A stretch of DNA of 64,000 bases, taken from IMG/VR virus record IMGVR_UViG_3300011635_000012; one strand, given 5' to 3'. Of this stretch, positions 1 to 9,807 are shown piece after piece. The notes beneath the pieces are model-generated. The model saw only the letters and a program-made list of their open reading frames with translations. It searched no databases and had not been told where the DNA came from. The stretch comes from an uncultured virus (IMG/VR IMGVR_UViG_3300011635_000012). Lineage: Duplodnaviria > Heunggongvirae > Uroviricota > Caudoviricetes. The translations under genes and the position numbers were made by a program. Each line of letters starts with the position of its first letter. Within the stretch, counting starts at the first letter, position 1.

Positions 1-71
1 CCCCCAAACGAATCGGAAAATCGATACTGGAAAAACTCTAACTCGGTGGCCAGTTTTTGTTGACCACTTCA
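1..71 (+). mobile_element. Right end of an IS3-family element (IS911-like): OrfB C-terminus and IRR (36-71)
   Basis: Minus strand reads TGAAGTGGTCAACAAAAACTGGCCACCGAGTTAGAG, matching the IS911 right inverted repeat as I recall it; + strand encodes ...PNESENRYWKNSNSVASFC*; abrupt junction with the phage gene at 71/72. Confidence 0.85.
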
Positions 72-839
72 CGTAGAGAGGTTATGAACCAGATCCTGGC
101 TACGGTCTGTCTTGTTTCCACCACCCAGCGTGGAGCCAGTGTCTGTACGGTTTTCTTCTGTGGTGGTGGTAGACAGAGGACGCTTATCAACTGGTGTATC
201 GATCCATTTAGCGATCTGCTTTTTAATGTCCGGCCACTGTGCAGATTCTTTGGTGTTCTCACGTAACCAGGAGAGTAATTGCGCCTGGCGTTCCGGCGCC
301 AGTTCAAGCGCGCGTCGCTCTTTTGCCAGTGCTTCTGCAAGCTCGCGTGCAAAGCTGGGTTCATCGTCATTCTTCAAATCGACGATCTGGCCATACTGCG
401 CTGAAGTGATTCCAGGGACCGGGCCAAACAGTGCCAGACAAGCTGCGCGGGATGCCTGGTCGAGCTGCGCAACGATTTTAATTTCTTCCTGATTCTTGTT
501 GTCATCCCATTCTTCCTTTGCTTCAGTTTCTGGCTGTGGTGCAGCAGCTGGTTCACCTCGGTTGGTATTCCAGACAACGTGATCACCAAAGAAATCAGAG
601 TTAAACACATCAAGGTCAGGGCAGGGGAGATCATCATGGTGCTCCCAGATTTTCACCTTAAAATAATCATCAATATGTTCAGGATGTTCAGCCGCAAGCT
701 TACCGAAAATAACGGCCTCAGCGATGGCTTTTGTGGCCGCATTAACTGCGGTTGCAAGTGGTTTTAAATCGGGGTGTTTTTTTAATGCTTTATCTTTTGG
801 GAAGTAAGCACCACCAAATACTTTTAACTCAACAGACAT
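72..839 (-). pseudogene. RecE/exonuclease VIII-like gene, 5' part, interrupted by the IS
   Basis: LGGGNKTDRSQDLVHNL resembles the RecE N-terminal region; the TGA stop (69-71) is supplied by the IS terminus; recombination-region position. Confidence 0.65.
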
Positions 840-850
840 AATAACCTCGT

Positions 851-1060
851 TTAATATTTGAAAAATGATGTTGAATGAAATGGTTTGCGGATGCCACGTT
901 TTACTTTTCTTAAAGCGTCACGCTTTTCTCTTTTTTCATTGCATTGCTGACATAAATAAATCGTGCGCTTAAAGGGATATATATCTGTTTTCCTTTCGTG
1001 CATTACCGATTTTTTATATTCGTGGCAGCAAACAGCGCAATGACAACTGATGTCATCCAT
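851..1060 (-). CDS. Small Zn-finger-like phage protein
   Basis: CxxC...CxxC, in the leftward early operon. Confidence 0.5.
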   Translation of the reverse strand: MDDISCHCAVCCHEYKKSVMHERKTDIYPFKRTIYLCQQCNEKREKRDALRKVKRGIRKPFHSTSFFKY

Positions 1061-1061
1061 A

Positions 1062-1334
1062 TTAATTAAGTTGTTGGCGCTTATGATCGTAATAGGACAT
1101 GCCACAGGAGTTCTGCGCTTCTGCGAATTTCACAGATAGCAAACTAATGTGTTTGACAGCGCATGCAGGGCAATCGAACTCCCCGAGTACGTAGCCACCA
1201 TCAATCACAACGGTAACAGAGCCAGAGGATGGCAAATGAACCACGCCTGAAATAGCACCGTTAACATTAAAGGTTGCAAGGTCTTTATTTACGATTGCCA
1301 GGCTCAATTCTACGGTAGTAATAGTTGCTTTCAT
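1062..1334 (-). CDS. Hypothetical phage early protein
   Basis: 90-aa ORF with RBS, tandem with neighbours. Confidence 0.6.
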   Translation of the reverse strand: MKATITTVELSLAIVNKDLATFNVNGAISGVVHLPSSGSVTVVIDGGYVLGEFDCPACAVKHISLLSVKFAEAQNSCGMSYYDHKRQQLN

Positions 1335-1445
1335 TTTATGATCCTTAATTTAAGGTGTGAAAATCCCTGCCGTTTAAGGCACGTTTTTAGCGTATACAAT
1401 TAAATGACAGTCAGGTTTTTGCGTTTATATCGACGCTATTAACCT

Positions 1446-1562
1446 TCAGAGTTCAGGGTTGCCTTTTTGAGCCAGAAAATAACAAAGTTGTCGAAGTTTT
1501 ATTTCAAACCAGTTAAGGCGAACTGCTTGTTGCCGTGATGGTTGACGATTAAAGTCTGTCAT
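1446..1562 (-). CDS. Small phage early protein, 38 aa (MTDFNRQPSRQQAVRLNW...)
   Basis: Below the ORF-track cutoff; GGGG RBS; translated by hand; resembles small lambdoid pL-operon proteins. Confidence 0.55.
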   Translation of the reverse strand: MTDFNRQPSRQQAVRLNWFEIKLRQLCYFLAQKGNPEL

Positions 1563-1717
1563 AATGAATCCCCTATTAAGGTTATTAACAGCCATCTACA
1601 ATTTTCGATTGGCCACAACTGGAAGCACACTCCGCCAGCTAACAAACCAATCCCCATTAGTGAAAGGGTGGAATGTGCTTCCATGTTATGGACGATTCAT
1701 ATGCCTATATCCGAACT

Positions 1718-1888
1718 TCAGCTGACAAGCCGGAAACCGCGTTTAATCAAATTCTTAGCTTCCACTGCAGTAATTACCTTTATCGTTTCTGCATCATCAT
1801 TGATCAGAGCTTTGGCAACGAACTGATTTCGAGCATGGATAATCACCACCTCCGAACCTTCGTTTATTGTTGCTAAGTAATATTTCAT
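1718..1888 (-). CDS. Hypothetical small protein
   Basis: AGGAG RBS before MKYYLAT. Confidence 0.5.
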   Translation of the reverse strand: MKYYLATINEGSEVVIIHARNQFVAKALINDDAETIKVITAVEAKNLIKRGFRLVS

Positions 1889-2032
1889 CGACTGTCTCCT
1901 GAACTCTACTAACCCTCTTCTACGAATCATCCGGTCATTCATACGCCACCGGCGGCTACTTCGTGGGCATCCTGCCTGTTCGCTTTGTTCACCCTTATCG
2001 CCGGGTAGGCGGAACGTTTACTGATTACTGCT

Positions 2033-2104
2033 GTTAAGTTTTGATAACGCAGATTGTTATTTAAACCTAACAAAACGTCAAGGGTCAATTTCGCAAAACC
2101 TAAC
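2033..2104 (-). promoter_or_regulatory. pL-like promoter with three repressor operators
   Basis: Imperfect palindromes GTTAAGTTTTGATAAC, GTTATTTAAACCTAAC, TTTCGCAAAACCTAAC; -35 TTGACG on the minus strand. Confidence 0.55.
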
Positions 2105-2163
2105 ATAAAGGTTGTGAAAAACACAAAAAGGCCGCTACTGATGCGGCCTGGCGTGGAGAAAAA

Positions 2164-2583
2164 TTATTTGATGTCGAGATTTTTGAGGATCTGCAGGATT
2201 TCTTCTTTGCTTTTGGTTTTTATCAGGTCATTGAACGTTTCATCGTAGTCTTTGACCTTGTCCCGCAAGTTGATGATGTGTTGCTCTTTCTCTGAATTGG
2301 GGAGTTTTTCAAACAGCTCCAGAAGCTGAATCTGTTGCGGTGACAGCAACCGATGCGATTCTGCTGGGGCGGGTTCGTATCCGTCATCGCCTTTAATGAT
2401 CCAGCCAGGTTCAACGCCCAGAGCTGCAGCTAACTTGAAGAGATTATCGCCCCTTGGTGAGGTTTCATCACGTTCCCACTGAGAGATTGTGACATGAGCA
2501 ACCCCAGCCTGTTTGCCTAGGCTGCGCTGGGTATATTTCAAAGCAGAGCGCCGCTCTTTTATACGCTGACCGATCGTTTTCAT
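2164..2583 (-). CDS. Prophage repressor, DicA-like XRE HTH, no S24 peptidase domain
   Basis: TIGQRIKERR..TQRSL..VTISQWERDE..P.G.NLF closely parallels DicA; divergent from a Cro-like gene. Confidence 0.9.
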   Translation of the reverse strand: MKTIGQRIKERRSALKYTQRSLGKQAGVAHVTISQWERDETSPRGDNLFKLAAALGVEPGWIIKGDDGYEPAPAESHRLLSPQQIQLLELFEKLPNSEKEQHIINLRDKVKDYDETFNDLIKTKSKEEILQILKNLDIK

Positions 2584-2584
2584 A

Positions 2585-2648
2585 GTTCGGAAATCCTAAC
2601 GCGCATTGACTCTTGTTTCCTTAACATATAGAGTTAGGAAAACTTACC
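2585..2648 (+). promoter_or_regulatory. pR-like promoter and operators
   Basis: TTGACT-17-TAGAGT (2606-2634); operators GTTCGGAAATCCTAAC and GTTAGGAAAACTTAC share the GTTAGG-N4-CCTAAC pattern. Confidence 0.6.
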
Positions 2649-2660
2649 AAGGAGAACGAA

Positions 2661-2873
2661 ATGAAAACCGAAGATGTAATCAAACACTTTGGGAAAAAAG
2701 CCAACGTGGCGAGGGCTCTCAACATCGCTCGATCCTCTGTGAGTGAGTGGGGGGAGTTAGTACCTGAACGACGCGCCGCTCGACTGGAAAAATTAACGGG
2801 TGGTGCATTGAAGTACGACTCAGTTTTGTATGAGCAGAAGGTTAACCCCAAGGCCCCTAAGGAGTCTGACTGA
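2661..2873 (+). CDS. Cro/DicC-like regulator
   Basis: WGELVPERRAARLEKLTGGALKYD resembles DicC. Confidence 0.88.
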   Translation: MKTEDVIKHFGKKANVARALNIARSSVSEWGELVPERRAARLEKLTGGALKYDSVLYEQKVNPKAPKESD

Positions 2874-3322
2874 TGGAAATCAAAAAACTGGCATATGAGC
2901 TGGAGTCCTGGGCGCAGGAAAAGGGCTGGAAGACTGTGACGCAGCTGATAACCCCACATCACTTTGGTGATCTGCTTCAGTCACTGGATGACGTATCTGA
3001 TCCGGACGAGTACGCGCGTCGGTTGCATAACAACAAGCAAATCATTCAGCGTGCGTTCCGCAACGATACGCCTAATTACCTGAAACAGGCGGAAGCGCTG
3101 AGCTATGCAATCCGTACCGCCATTGATAACGAACTGGCGCAGAAGGACTGCATGCATTACCGGGCGGCCAGGGTTAACAAAGAGTGTATCGAAGCCACCA
3201 ATGCTGTCTTCACAGGCAAGCCGCAACCGGTAATCCGACGCGAGACTCTGGAAGCGATCGATGCGCTGGCGCAGATGGCTGGCGTGAAAGTCCAAATTAT
3301 GCACTGCCACCGTGCGGCGTAA
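2873..3322 (+). CDS. CII-position regulator (YdaT-like)
   Basis: Position after cro, coupled; WAQEKG motif. Confidence 0.6.
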   Translation: MEIKKLAYELESWAQEKGWKTVTQLITPHHFGDLLQSLDDVSDPDEYARRLHNNKQIIQRAFRNDTPNYLKQAEALSYAIRTAIDNELAQKDCMHYRAARVNKECIEATNAVFTGKPQPVIRRETLEAIDALAQMAGVKVQIMHCHRAA

Positions 3323-3336
3323 GGGTCAGTAAAACC

Positions 3337-4308
3337 ATGAATCCATCTGACATCATTCGCGGGTTCGGTCGTCCGGTTGCTTATTACCCGGCACTGGCCG
3401 AACACCTCGGCGGCGTTAGCGCCACAGTTCTTTTTTGCCAGATGACCTACTGGATGGACAAGCTCACCTCTGATCTGGGTGTGCATAAAACCTCAGAGGA
3501 AATTCAGGATGAAACCGGGCTGAGTTACGAAGAGCAACTGACGGCCCGGAAAAAGCTTAAGCGTCTGGGGGTTTTGGTAGAGACACATAAGCGACTGGAG
3601 CACCGGATTTACTTCAAAGTTAACTTTGAACGAGTGGATCAGGTACTAACGCAAGCCATTGATAAATCACCAAATGGGCAAAGCCCATTTCGGGGGATGG
3701 GCAAAGCCCAGGTCGGTAACGAGGGAATCCCTTGTTCGAGAACTGGGGAAAGCCCAGCCCGCGGGGAAGGCAAAACCCATTTCGATCCTACAGAGATTAC
3801 TACAGAGACTACTACAGAGAATAAAAACACTTCTTGTCCGGACGCTTCGCTGTCGGACGAACAACTGACCAAAGAGGCGTTTTTAAATCGTCATCCAGAG
3901 GCTGTGGTTGCCCATGCAGGAAAACGGCAGTGGGGAACCAAGGAAGATCTGACCTGCGCCCAGTGGATGTGGAACCGCATCGTCAAACTGTATGAAAAAG
4001 CCGCTGAGACAGACGGGGAACTGGTGCGCCCTAAAGAGCCTAACTGGACTGCATGGTCCAACGAAATCCGGCTGATGTGTGCCGTTGACGGCAGAACACA
4101 TAAGCAAATTTGCGAAATGTTTTCGCGTGTACAGCGAGATCCGTTCTGGTGCCGGAACGTGATGTCACCGTCAAAACTGCGCGAAAAATGGGATGACTTA
4201 ATTCTTCGACTGCCATCGCCAGGGGCGGTTCAGAATCAGGCTGGTGGCCGGGATATCAATCGGATCTCCCGTCCTGACAGCTCCGTTCCGCCAGGATTCA
4301 GGGGGTAA
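3337..4308 (+). CDS. Replication initiator (lambda O-like)
   Basis: N-terminal wHTH-like region; C-terminal FWCRNVMSPSKLREKWD; internal iterons; start reassigned to ATG 3337. Confidence 0.85.
   Translation: MNPSDIIRGFGRPVAYYPALAEHLGGVSATVLFCQMTYWMDKLTSDLGVHKTSEEIQDETGLSYEEQLTARKKLKRLGVLVETHKRLEHRIYFKVNFERVDQVLTQAIDKSPNGQSPFRGMGKAQVGNEGIPCSRTGESPARGEGKTHFDPTEITTETTTENKNTSCPDASLSDEQLTKEAFLNRHPEAVVAHAGKRQWGTKEDLTCAQWMWNRIVKLYEKAAETDGELVRPKEPNWTAWSNEIRLMCAVDGRTHKQICEMFSRVQRDPFWCRNVMSPSKLREKWDDLILRLPSPGAVQNQAGGRDINRISRPDSSVPPGFRG
3674..3780. repeat. Origin iterons within the initiator gene
   Basis: ATGGGCAAAGCCCA at 3674 and 3697 plus variants GGGGAAAGCCCA and GGCAAAACCCA. Confidence 0.7.
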
Positions 4309-4310
4309 GC

Positions 4311-5051
4311 ATGCAAAACGCAGGTTCCATTCTCGATCGCCTTCGCCGCGTCATTCCGCCGGGCGTAGAACCCAAATTTAAGAGCGCCGCTGAGTTGATG
4401 GCCTGGCAGCGCGAGGAAGGTCTAAAACGTGCCGCTGAGGTGGACAAACTCAACCAGCAGGCACGTGCAGAGAAAATTTTCGGGCGATCCGGGATCCAGA
4501 ACCTGCACCGCAGCTGCAGCTTCGCGAATTACACGGTGAACGGCGATGGCCAGCGCCACGCCCTGAGTATGGCAAAGAGCTATGCGCAAAATTTTGGAAC
4601 CGGCTTTGCGAGTTTCGTTTTCACCGGAAAGCCGGGTACTGGCAAAAACCACCTCTCAGCAGCCATTGGAAATTATCTGCTGAAACAGGGGCGAACGGTG
4701 CTGATTGTCACTGTTCCGGATCTGACCCTGCGCGCCAGGGCCTGTTATGACGAAGGGCGTTCTGAAGCCGCGCTGCTGGATGATCTCTGCAAAGTTGATC
4801 TGCTGGTGCTCGATGAAGTCGGCATCCAGCGCGACAGCCGCGGCGAGAAAGTTTTGTTGAACCAGATTATCGATTGCCGCCTGGCTGCCATGCGCCCGGT
4901 TGGTGTTCTGACCAACCTGAATTACGACGCGCTGGTAGAAACCCTGGGTGAAAGGGTTGTTGACCGCCTGCGCATGGATAACGGCATTTGGGTGAACTTT
5001 GACTGGGAGAGCTATCGCGGAAACGTTAGCCACCTGAGACCTGTTAAGTAA
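4311..5051 (+). CDS. DnaC/IstB-like helicase loader
   Basis: Walker A GKPGTGKN, Walker B LLVLDE, FDWESYR. Confidence 0.92.
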   Translation: MQNAGSILDRLRRVIPPGVEPKFKSAAELMAWQREEGLKRAAEVDKLNQQARAEKIFGRSGIQNLHRSCSFANYTVNGDGQRHALSMAKSYAQNFGTGFASFVFTGKPGTGKNHLSAAIGNYLLKQGRTVLIVTVPDLTLRARACYDEGRSEAALLDDLCKVDLLVLDEVGIQRDSRGEKVLLNQIIDCRLAAMRPVGVLTNLNYDALVETLGERVVDRLRMDNGIWVNFDWESYRGNVSHLRPVK

Positions 5052-5068
5052 ATTTTGAGGAGAAAATT

Positions 5069-5725
5069 ATGGAATCTGTAATCGACGCACTGAAAGCCAT
5101 GAAAAAAGCGACATATCGTGAGGTTGCCGCCCGTCTTGATATTGAGCCCGTAGAAGCGCTGAACATGCTGCGCGAGCACAAACAGCAGGGGTTGTGCGAT
5201 TTCTTCGATGGATCATGGTCGGTCGGTACCGCGAAGGAGCATAAGCCGAAGCGTATCAGACCCAAGCAGCCATCGCCGCTGGTGGAGAGGGTATTGTCAG
5301 CAATGCAGGGGCAGGGGGCCATGACGGCCAATCAGGTCGCAGAAAAACTGGGTAAAGGTTCGCGAGCCCTGAATGCATCGCTGGGTGCAATGTGCAAGGA
5401 CGGTCTGGTCCTACGCCATGTGGACGGTAAAAACATCACCTGGAGCCTGGCGGGTGAACCGGTAATACAACCAGAGCAGCAGGAGCCCGCGGCAGTGGAA
5501 GTCAAGGCCGCATCGGCTCCGGAAAGCAAACTCCTTAAAGAAATTATTGGGGATATCCCGGTTTTCGTCAGCCGTCCGGATGATCTGATTATTCCTTCAT
5601 CGCGTTATATCTCGACTGAAATCCGCCGCACGAAAGCGAAGCTGGCAAACCTGCAGCGTCTGCAGGGGGCCGTTCGCGAGCTGCGCCGCCATAAGCATCT
5701 GCTGGAGGGGCTAGGGAATGGCTGA
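5069..5725 (+). CDS. Conserved prophage HTH protein
   Basis: Two HTH-like segments; usual position after dnaC. Confidence 0.65.
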   Translation: MESVIDALKAMKKATYREVAARLDIEPVEALNMLREHKQQGLCDFFDGSWSVGTAKEHKPKRIRPKQPSPLVERVLSAMQGQGAMTANQVAEKLGKGSRALNASLGAMCKDGLVLRHVDGKNITWSLAGEPVIQPEQQEPAAVEVKAASAPESKLLKEIIGDIPVFVSRPDDLIIPSSRYISTEIRRTKAKLANLQRLQGAVRELRRHKHLLEGLGNG

Positions 5726-5948
5726 TTTACCGAAATGCCCTGAATGCGGCATGGCCCCTTCACTGAGGGTTCGCAGCCGGGGGATGAACTGGGGGGCGGC
5801 AGAGGTCCGCTGTTCAAACGGTTGTCCTGGCGTCCGCGCGGGATTTTCGTTCCCGCCTGATGGTGAGACTGCGGCCCGGCAAATGCTTCAGGAAAAATGG
5901 AAAGAGCTGGTGGGAGGGCTTAACGATGCCACGACCAAAAACTCATGA
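5718..5948 (+). CDS. Small Zn-ribbon protein (Lar-like)
   Basis: CPECG...CSNGC. Confidence 0.5.
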   Translation: MADLPKCPECGMAPSLRVRSRGMNWGAAEVRCSNGCPGVRAGFSFPPDGETAARQMLQEKWKELVGGLNDATTKNS

Positions 5949-6111
5949 AGAGCGCACTGTGATTATTAACCGGATTATCGAACTGGTGAAAGAGCAGGGC
6001 CGCATCATGACGAAGGATGTCGTCGCGATGTTTAACCTTTACCGAACCACCGCGGAGAAATACATCTGGATTGTCGTACAGCGTGGAGAGCATATCCGTC
6101 ATGGCCGCTGA
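5926..6111 (+). pseudogene. Probably truncated wHTH protein (DUF977-like)
   Basis: MPRPKT..IIELVKEQGRI..RHGR then stop, just before the low-GC insert. Confidence 0.45.
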
Positions 6112-6392
6112 GGTATCTTCAGTAGCAAGAGAAAAATCATAGAATAAGATTTGAGACTATATTCACATTCGGAGAGAGTGCGATAAACAGTCACTTAAGT
6201 AAGAATTCAGTACAGAAGCATTAAAAAAATCATTACTCTTTGTTTACTCTATTTGCTTGAGATAGTGAAAACTGTCTCAAGCATTATTTTGTTAACATAA
6301 TGCAAAGTTCTACACGCTCTGCGAGCGGAACATCTTGAGTTGACCTAAAAAACCGTATATATAGTACGTATAAAAACAACTCAAGCAAGGAA

Positions 6393-8141
6393 TTGATTGT
6401 GGCTAACTCTATCACAAAATTACGTAGTATGAATGTGGAAAGTTTTCGAGGTCTCAAGAATGTAAATATCTCATTTGGGGAGCGAATTACTGTTATTTGT
6501 GGTAAGAATGGCACATCAAAATCAACCATACTTGGAATTATTGCCCAAATTTTTAGTTTTTCCCGTGACTATTCTAAAGATCCTGCGGAGTTGCTGGGGT
6601 CCTATCGGACACTTACTGGTAATCGCTTTAAATCTCAATTTAGTGAGCACTTTAGGTTTTCAAGTAAATTTGATACACCTGGCGGGATGGAAGTGCAAAT
6701 AACACTCTATGATGGTGCATTTGAAAAAGAATTGAATAATTTAAGACTTGGTCTGGTTGACTCGACATATCATCAGAAAGCAAGGCCAGTTCTCAGAAAT
6801 AACGACGTCTTAGGCAATAAAAATACCAGTCGTAATGTCACTCACCCTGTAATTTACTTGAGCCTTCAGAGACTTTTACCAATAACGCTGAGACCTGAGT
6901 ATAGTGAGCGCGATGTCCAGTATATTATTGATAATAAAAAAGAAATTCTGTCAATGAACAGAAGATTACTTATCAAGGAAAATGGAACATCCATTACTGC
7001 TACCACAGGAACTATCGACTCAATGGTAGTGCATGGAGATAATTATGACCATGAATCGGTTTCTGTCGGTGAGGATAACGTTGGGCAGATTATTCAAGCT
7101 ATATTTTCTTTCAAAAGACTAAAGGATGAATTGAAAGATTATCATGGTGGCATGCTATTGATTGATGAGGCAGATGCTGGGCTTTTCCCTGCTGCGCAAA
7201 TTGAATTAATTAACGTGCTAAAAAAAATGGCTAGTAAGCTTGATTTGCAAATTGTTATGACATCACACTCACCTATCCTTATTGAGGAAGTGTTTAAATT
7301 AAGTAAAGTCGCTGATAAGGATTATAGGACAGTATATCTTACGGATACATATGGGCCTATTTCAGCTAAAACAAATCTTTCATGGCCAGAAATAAATGCT
7401 GATCTGCTTGTTGATACCATAAAAGTTGATGCGGAAGAAGCATTCCCTAAAATAAACATTTACTTTGAGGATTTTGAGGCTTATTTGTTCTTCAAACAAC
7501 TAATAACAGAAAGGCATATCAATAAAATACTCACTCCGCTAAAAGACGTAAATATAAGTTGTAGTACTATGTTAGATTTAATGGCGCGGAAAATACCAGA
7601 GTTCATTAATAAAAGTATAATAGTTCTGGATGGCGATGTTGTAAATGATAATGGCCAGAATGCAAAAAAAGCAAAATCTGAGAAGAGCCTGTGCTTATTA
7701 CCAACGACTCTTCCGCCAGATCAGCTTTTGTTTGAATTTTTGTATAATTTAGATAAAAAAGATTTGTATTGGCAAAAGAATCAAGGTTTCACAAGACAGG
7801 TTTTTATAAGAATTAGTGGCGATATTATAGATCGGCTCAATATAGTTGGAGAGAAAATATCTCTAGAAGACATTATTAAAAATTACAGAAAAGGTAAAAG
7901 TGAAGAGAGTGTAAAAGGAGAGCTTAGAAAGTTATTCAAGGCTTTTGCTCAAAATGATAAAATCCGTACGCTTTTAACTGGTCCAGTCAGTAAGAATCCG
8001 TTCAGGTATTGGATTAACCAAAATCCGGAGCTAAAACTTGAATTTAAGAAAAAATTTGAAGCTTGCTTAATTAATGCCCTAATTAGTGGTTTTGGTATTG
8101 ATTCCGGCAAAGTGTATGGTTACCTTCAAATCGATAACTGA
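6393..8141 (+). CDS. ABC-type (AAA_15/21) ATPase fused to a TOPRIM-like domain (OLD-like nuclease)
   Basis: Walker A GKNGTSKST, signature-like SVGE, Walker B LLIDEAD, H-loop TSHS; TOPRIM-like YFED and VLDGD; low GC; likely start GTG 6399. Confidence 0.8.
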   Translation: MIVANSITKLRSMNVESFRGLKNVNISFGERITVICGKNGTSKSTILGIIAQIFSFSRDYSKDPAELLGSYRTLTGNRFKSQFSEHFRFSSKFDTPGGMEVQITLYDGAFEKELNNLRLGLVDSTYHQKARPVLRNNDVLGNKNTSRNVTHPVIYLSLQRLLPITLRPEYSERDVQYIIDNKKEILSMNRRLLIKENGTSITATTGTIDSMVVHGDNYDHESVSVGEDNVGQIIQAIFSFKRLKDELKDYHGGMLLIDEADAGLFPAAQIELINVLKKMASKLDLQIVMTSHSPILIEEVFKLSKVADKDYRTVYLTDTYGPISAKTNLSWPEINADLLVDTIKVDAEEAFPKINIYFEDFEAYLFFKQLITERHINKILTPLKDVNISCSTMLDLMARKIPEFINKSIIVLDGDVVNDNGQNAKKAKSEKSLCLLPTTLPPDQLLFEFLYNLDKKDLYWQKNQGFTRQVFIRISGDIIDRLNIVGEKISLEDIIKNYRKGKSEESVKGELRKLFKAFAQNDKIRTLLTGPVSKNPFRYWINQNPELKLEFKKKFEACLINALISGFGIDSGKVYGYLQIDN

Positions 8142-8221
8142 TTGTTTTTCTGGTGAATTATTGTATGGCCATACCTTGCTTGTATTTGGTACAATATCGG
8201 CCTATACATATGAGGTGCTTT

Positions 8222-9082
8222 ATGCGGTTTAATACGCCACTACGTTATCCAGGCGGTAAAGGTAAGTTATTCAACTTTATGAGTAAAATCATAGGGATGA
8301 ACGATTTACAGGACCTGCATTACGCAGAGCCATACGCCGGCGGTGCCGGTTTGGCGTTGAAGTTACTATTCAAAGAAAATGCTTCACAAATATACCTTAA
8401 CGATTTGAACTTAGCTGTATATTCTTTTTGGGATAGTGTACTCAACCGAACTGAAGAATTATGCCATATGATCCTTACAACTGAAGTTTCTATGGATGAA
8501 TGGCATATTCAAAAGTCAATTATGACTAATCATGAAAGTAAGGATCTGCTCCAACTTGCTTTTGCTACATTTTTCCTTAACAGAACAAACCGCTCTGGTA
8601 TCCTTAAAGGCGGGGTGATCGGAGGTAAGAGTCAGGACGGAAAATGGAAATTGGATGCCAGATACAATAAGCAAGATTTAATTCAAAGAATTAAACTTAT
8701 AGCCGCGCAAAAAGATCGGATACATATTTATAATCTCGATGCTAATGATTTTATTACAAAAGTTGTAAAAAATCTGCCAAATCACTCTTTGACATATTTT
8801 GACCCTCCATACTATGTCAAGGGGAAAGGTCTATATGAAAATCATTATTTACATGAAGACCATGTTGTCATCGCCAATAGGATACAGACTGAGATTCAAA
8901 CACCATGGATAGTTTCATATGATAATGTTGCACCTATTCGAACGATGTACAATTCATCAAAAACCTTATCTTATGGAATCACCTATAGTGCCCAAGAGCG
9001 CTATACAGGCGACGAAGTTATGTATTTTAGTAATGGCCTAAAGTATCCGGAATGTGCTGACCCGGCAAAATTTAAAGGGTAA
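8222..9082 (+). CDS. DNA adenine methyltransferase (Dam/D12 class)
   Basis: PLRYPGGK, EPYAGG, FFLNRT, DPPY; GAGG RBS. Confidence 0.92.
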   Translation: MRFNTPLRYPGGKGKLFNFMSKIIGMNDLQDLHYAEPYAGGAGLALKLLFKENASQIYLNDLNLAVYSFWDSVLNRTEELCHMILTTEVSMDEWHIQKSIMTNHESKDLLQLAFATFFLNRTNRSGILKGGVIGGKSQDGKWKLDARYNKQDLIQRIKLIAAQKDRIHIYNLDANDFITKVVKNLPNHSLTYFDPPYYVKGKGLYENHYLHEDHVVIANRIQTEIQTPWIVSYDNVAPIRTMYNSSKTLSYGITYSAQERYTGDEVMYFSNGLKYPECADPAKFKG

Positions 9083-9265
9083 TTAACTTCTCATTTAAAT
9101 ATAATTTGTCACTTTGAACATCATCTATTCAGATGATGTTCCTCTGGTCTTTGAACTTGTTCCGGCTGTTATTCCACTTATTTTACATAGACCTACATAG
9201 ATCCAATGCCCCATTTCTTTAACAATTCGTGCTGTTAAAGCATTGATCAATCACATCCATAGGTG

Positions 9266-9285
9266 TACTGTATAAATATACAGTA
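9266..9285. promoter_or_regulatory. LexA (SOS) box
   Basis: TACTGTATAAATATACAGTA = CTG-N10-CAG consensus. Confidence 0.9.
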
Positions 9286-9305
9286 GCATTGTGGAGGCGA
9301 TCACC

Positions 9306-9629
9306 ATGGGTTTTCCATCACCAGCAGCAGACTACGCAGAACAAACTCTCTCAATTACCAGTATCTGCGGTTATGACAGCAACTGCCGAACCATCGAAAC
9401 CTCTTCCGGTTACGCAATCATCAACATTGCCAGAAAGGCGAAGATTGGCGACACGGTGCTCATTTCCTTCTGTGGAAAGCTGGACTTCGCCTCCGTTCAG
9501 GGGAAAGCACTCATCACGCCTGACGGAGAGGCGATTGAGGGGGATGCGCTGGACGATGCGACAGTTCTTGGGGTTGTTACTTATCTTCTGAACAGCGTTA
9601 CCGACACAGACGACAGGCCAGTGATATAG
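9306..9629 (+). CDS. SOS-regulated UmuD/S24-derived small protein
   Basis: MGFPSPAADYAE and GVVTY; catalytic GDSM segment not seen. Confidence 0.7.
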   Translation: MGFPSPAADYAEQTLSITSICGYDSNCRTIETSSGYAIINIARKAKIGDTVLISFCGKLDFASVQGKALITPDGEAIEGDALDDATVLGVVTYLLNSVTDTDDRPVI

Positions 9630-9807
9630 CAGAGCGTGCATGATTCCTGTGCATAAAGAGCCGATCGGTTACACAGATCAATTACGGTTAATTGATCTAT
9701 CTAACCTATTAGACGTTAGGTTAAGCGGAACCTTTAATGAAGTGAGCGCGCAGGGAGAAAAAGGACCGCTCCCCGGAAGGGGAAACCCAACAGTTAGGGA
9801 TATGCCA

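Noticed and set aside
1400..1700. DicF sRNA or dicB downstream of the DicA-like repressor
   Set aside because: I could not see sequence similarity to either
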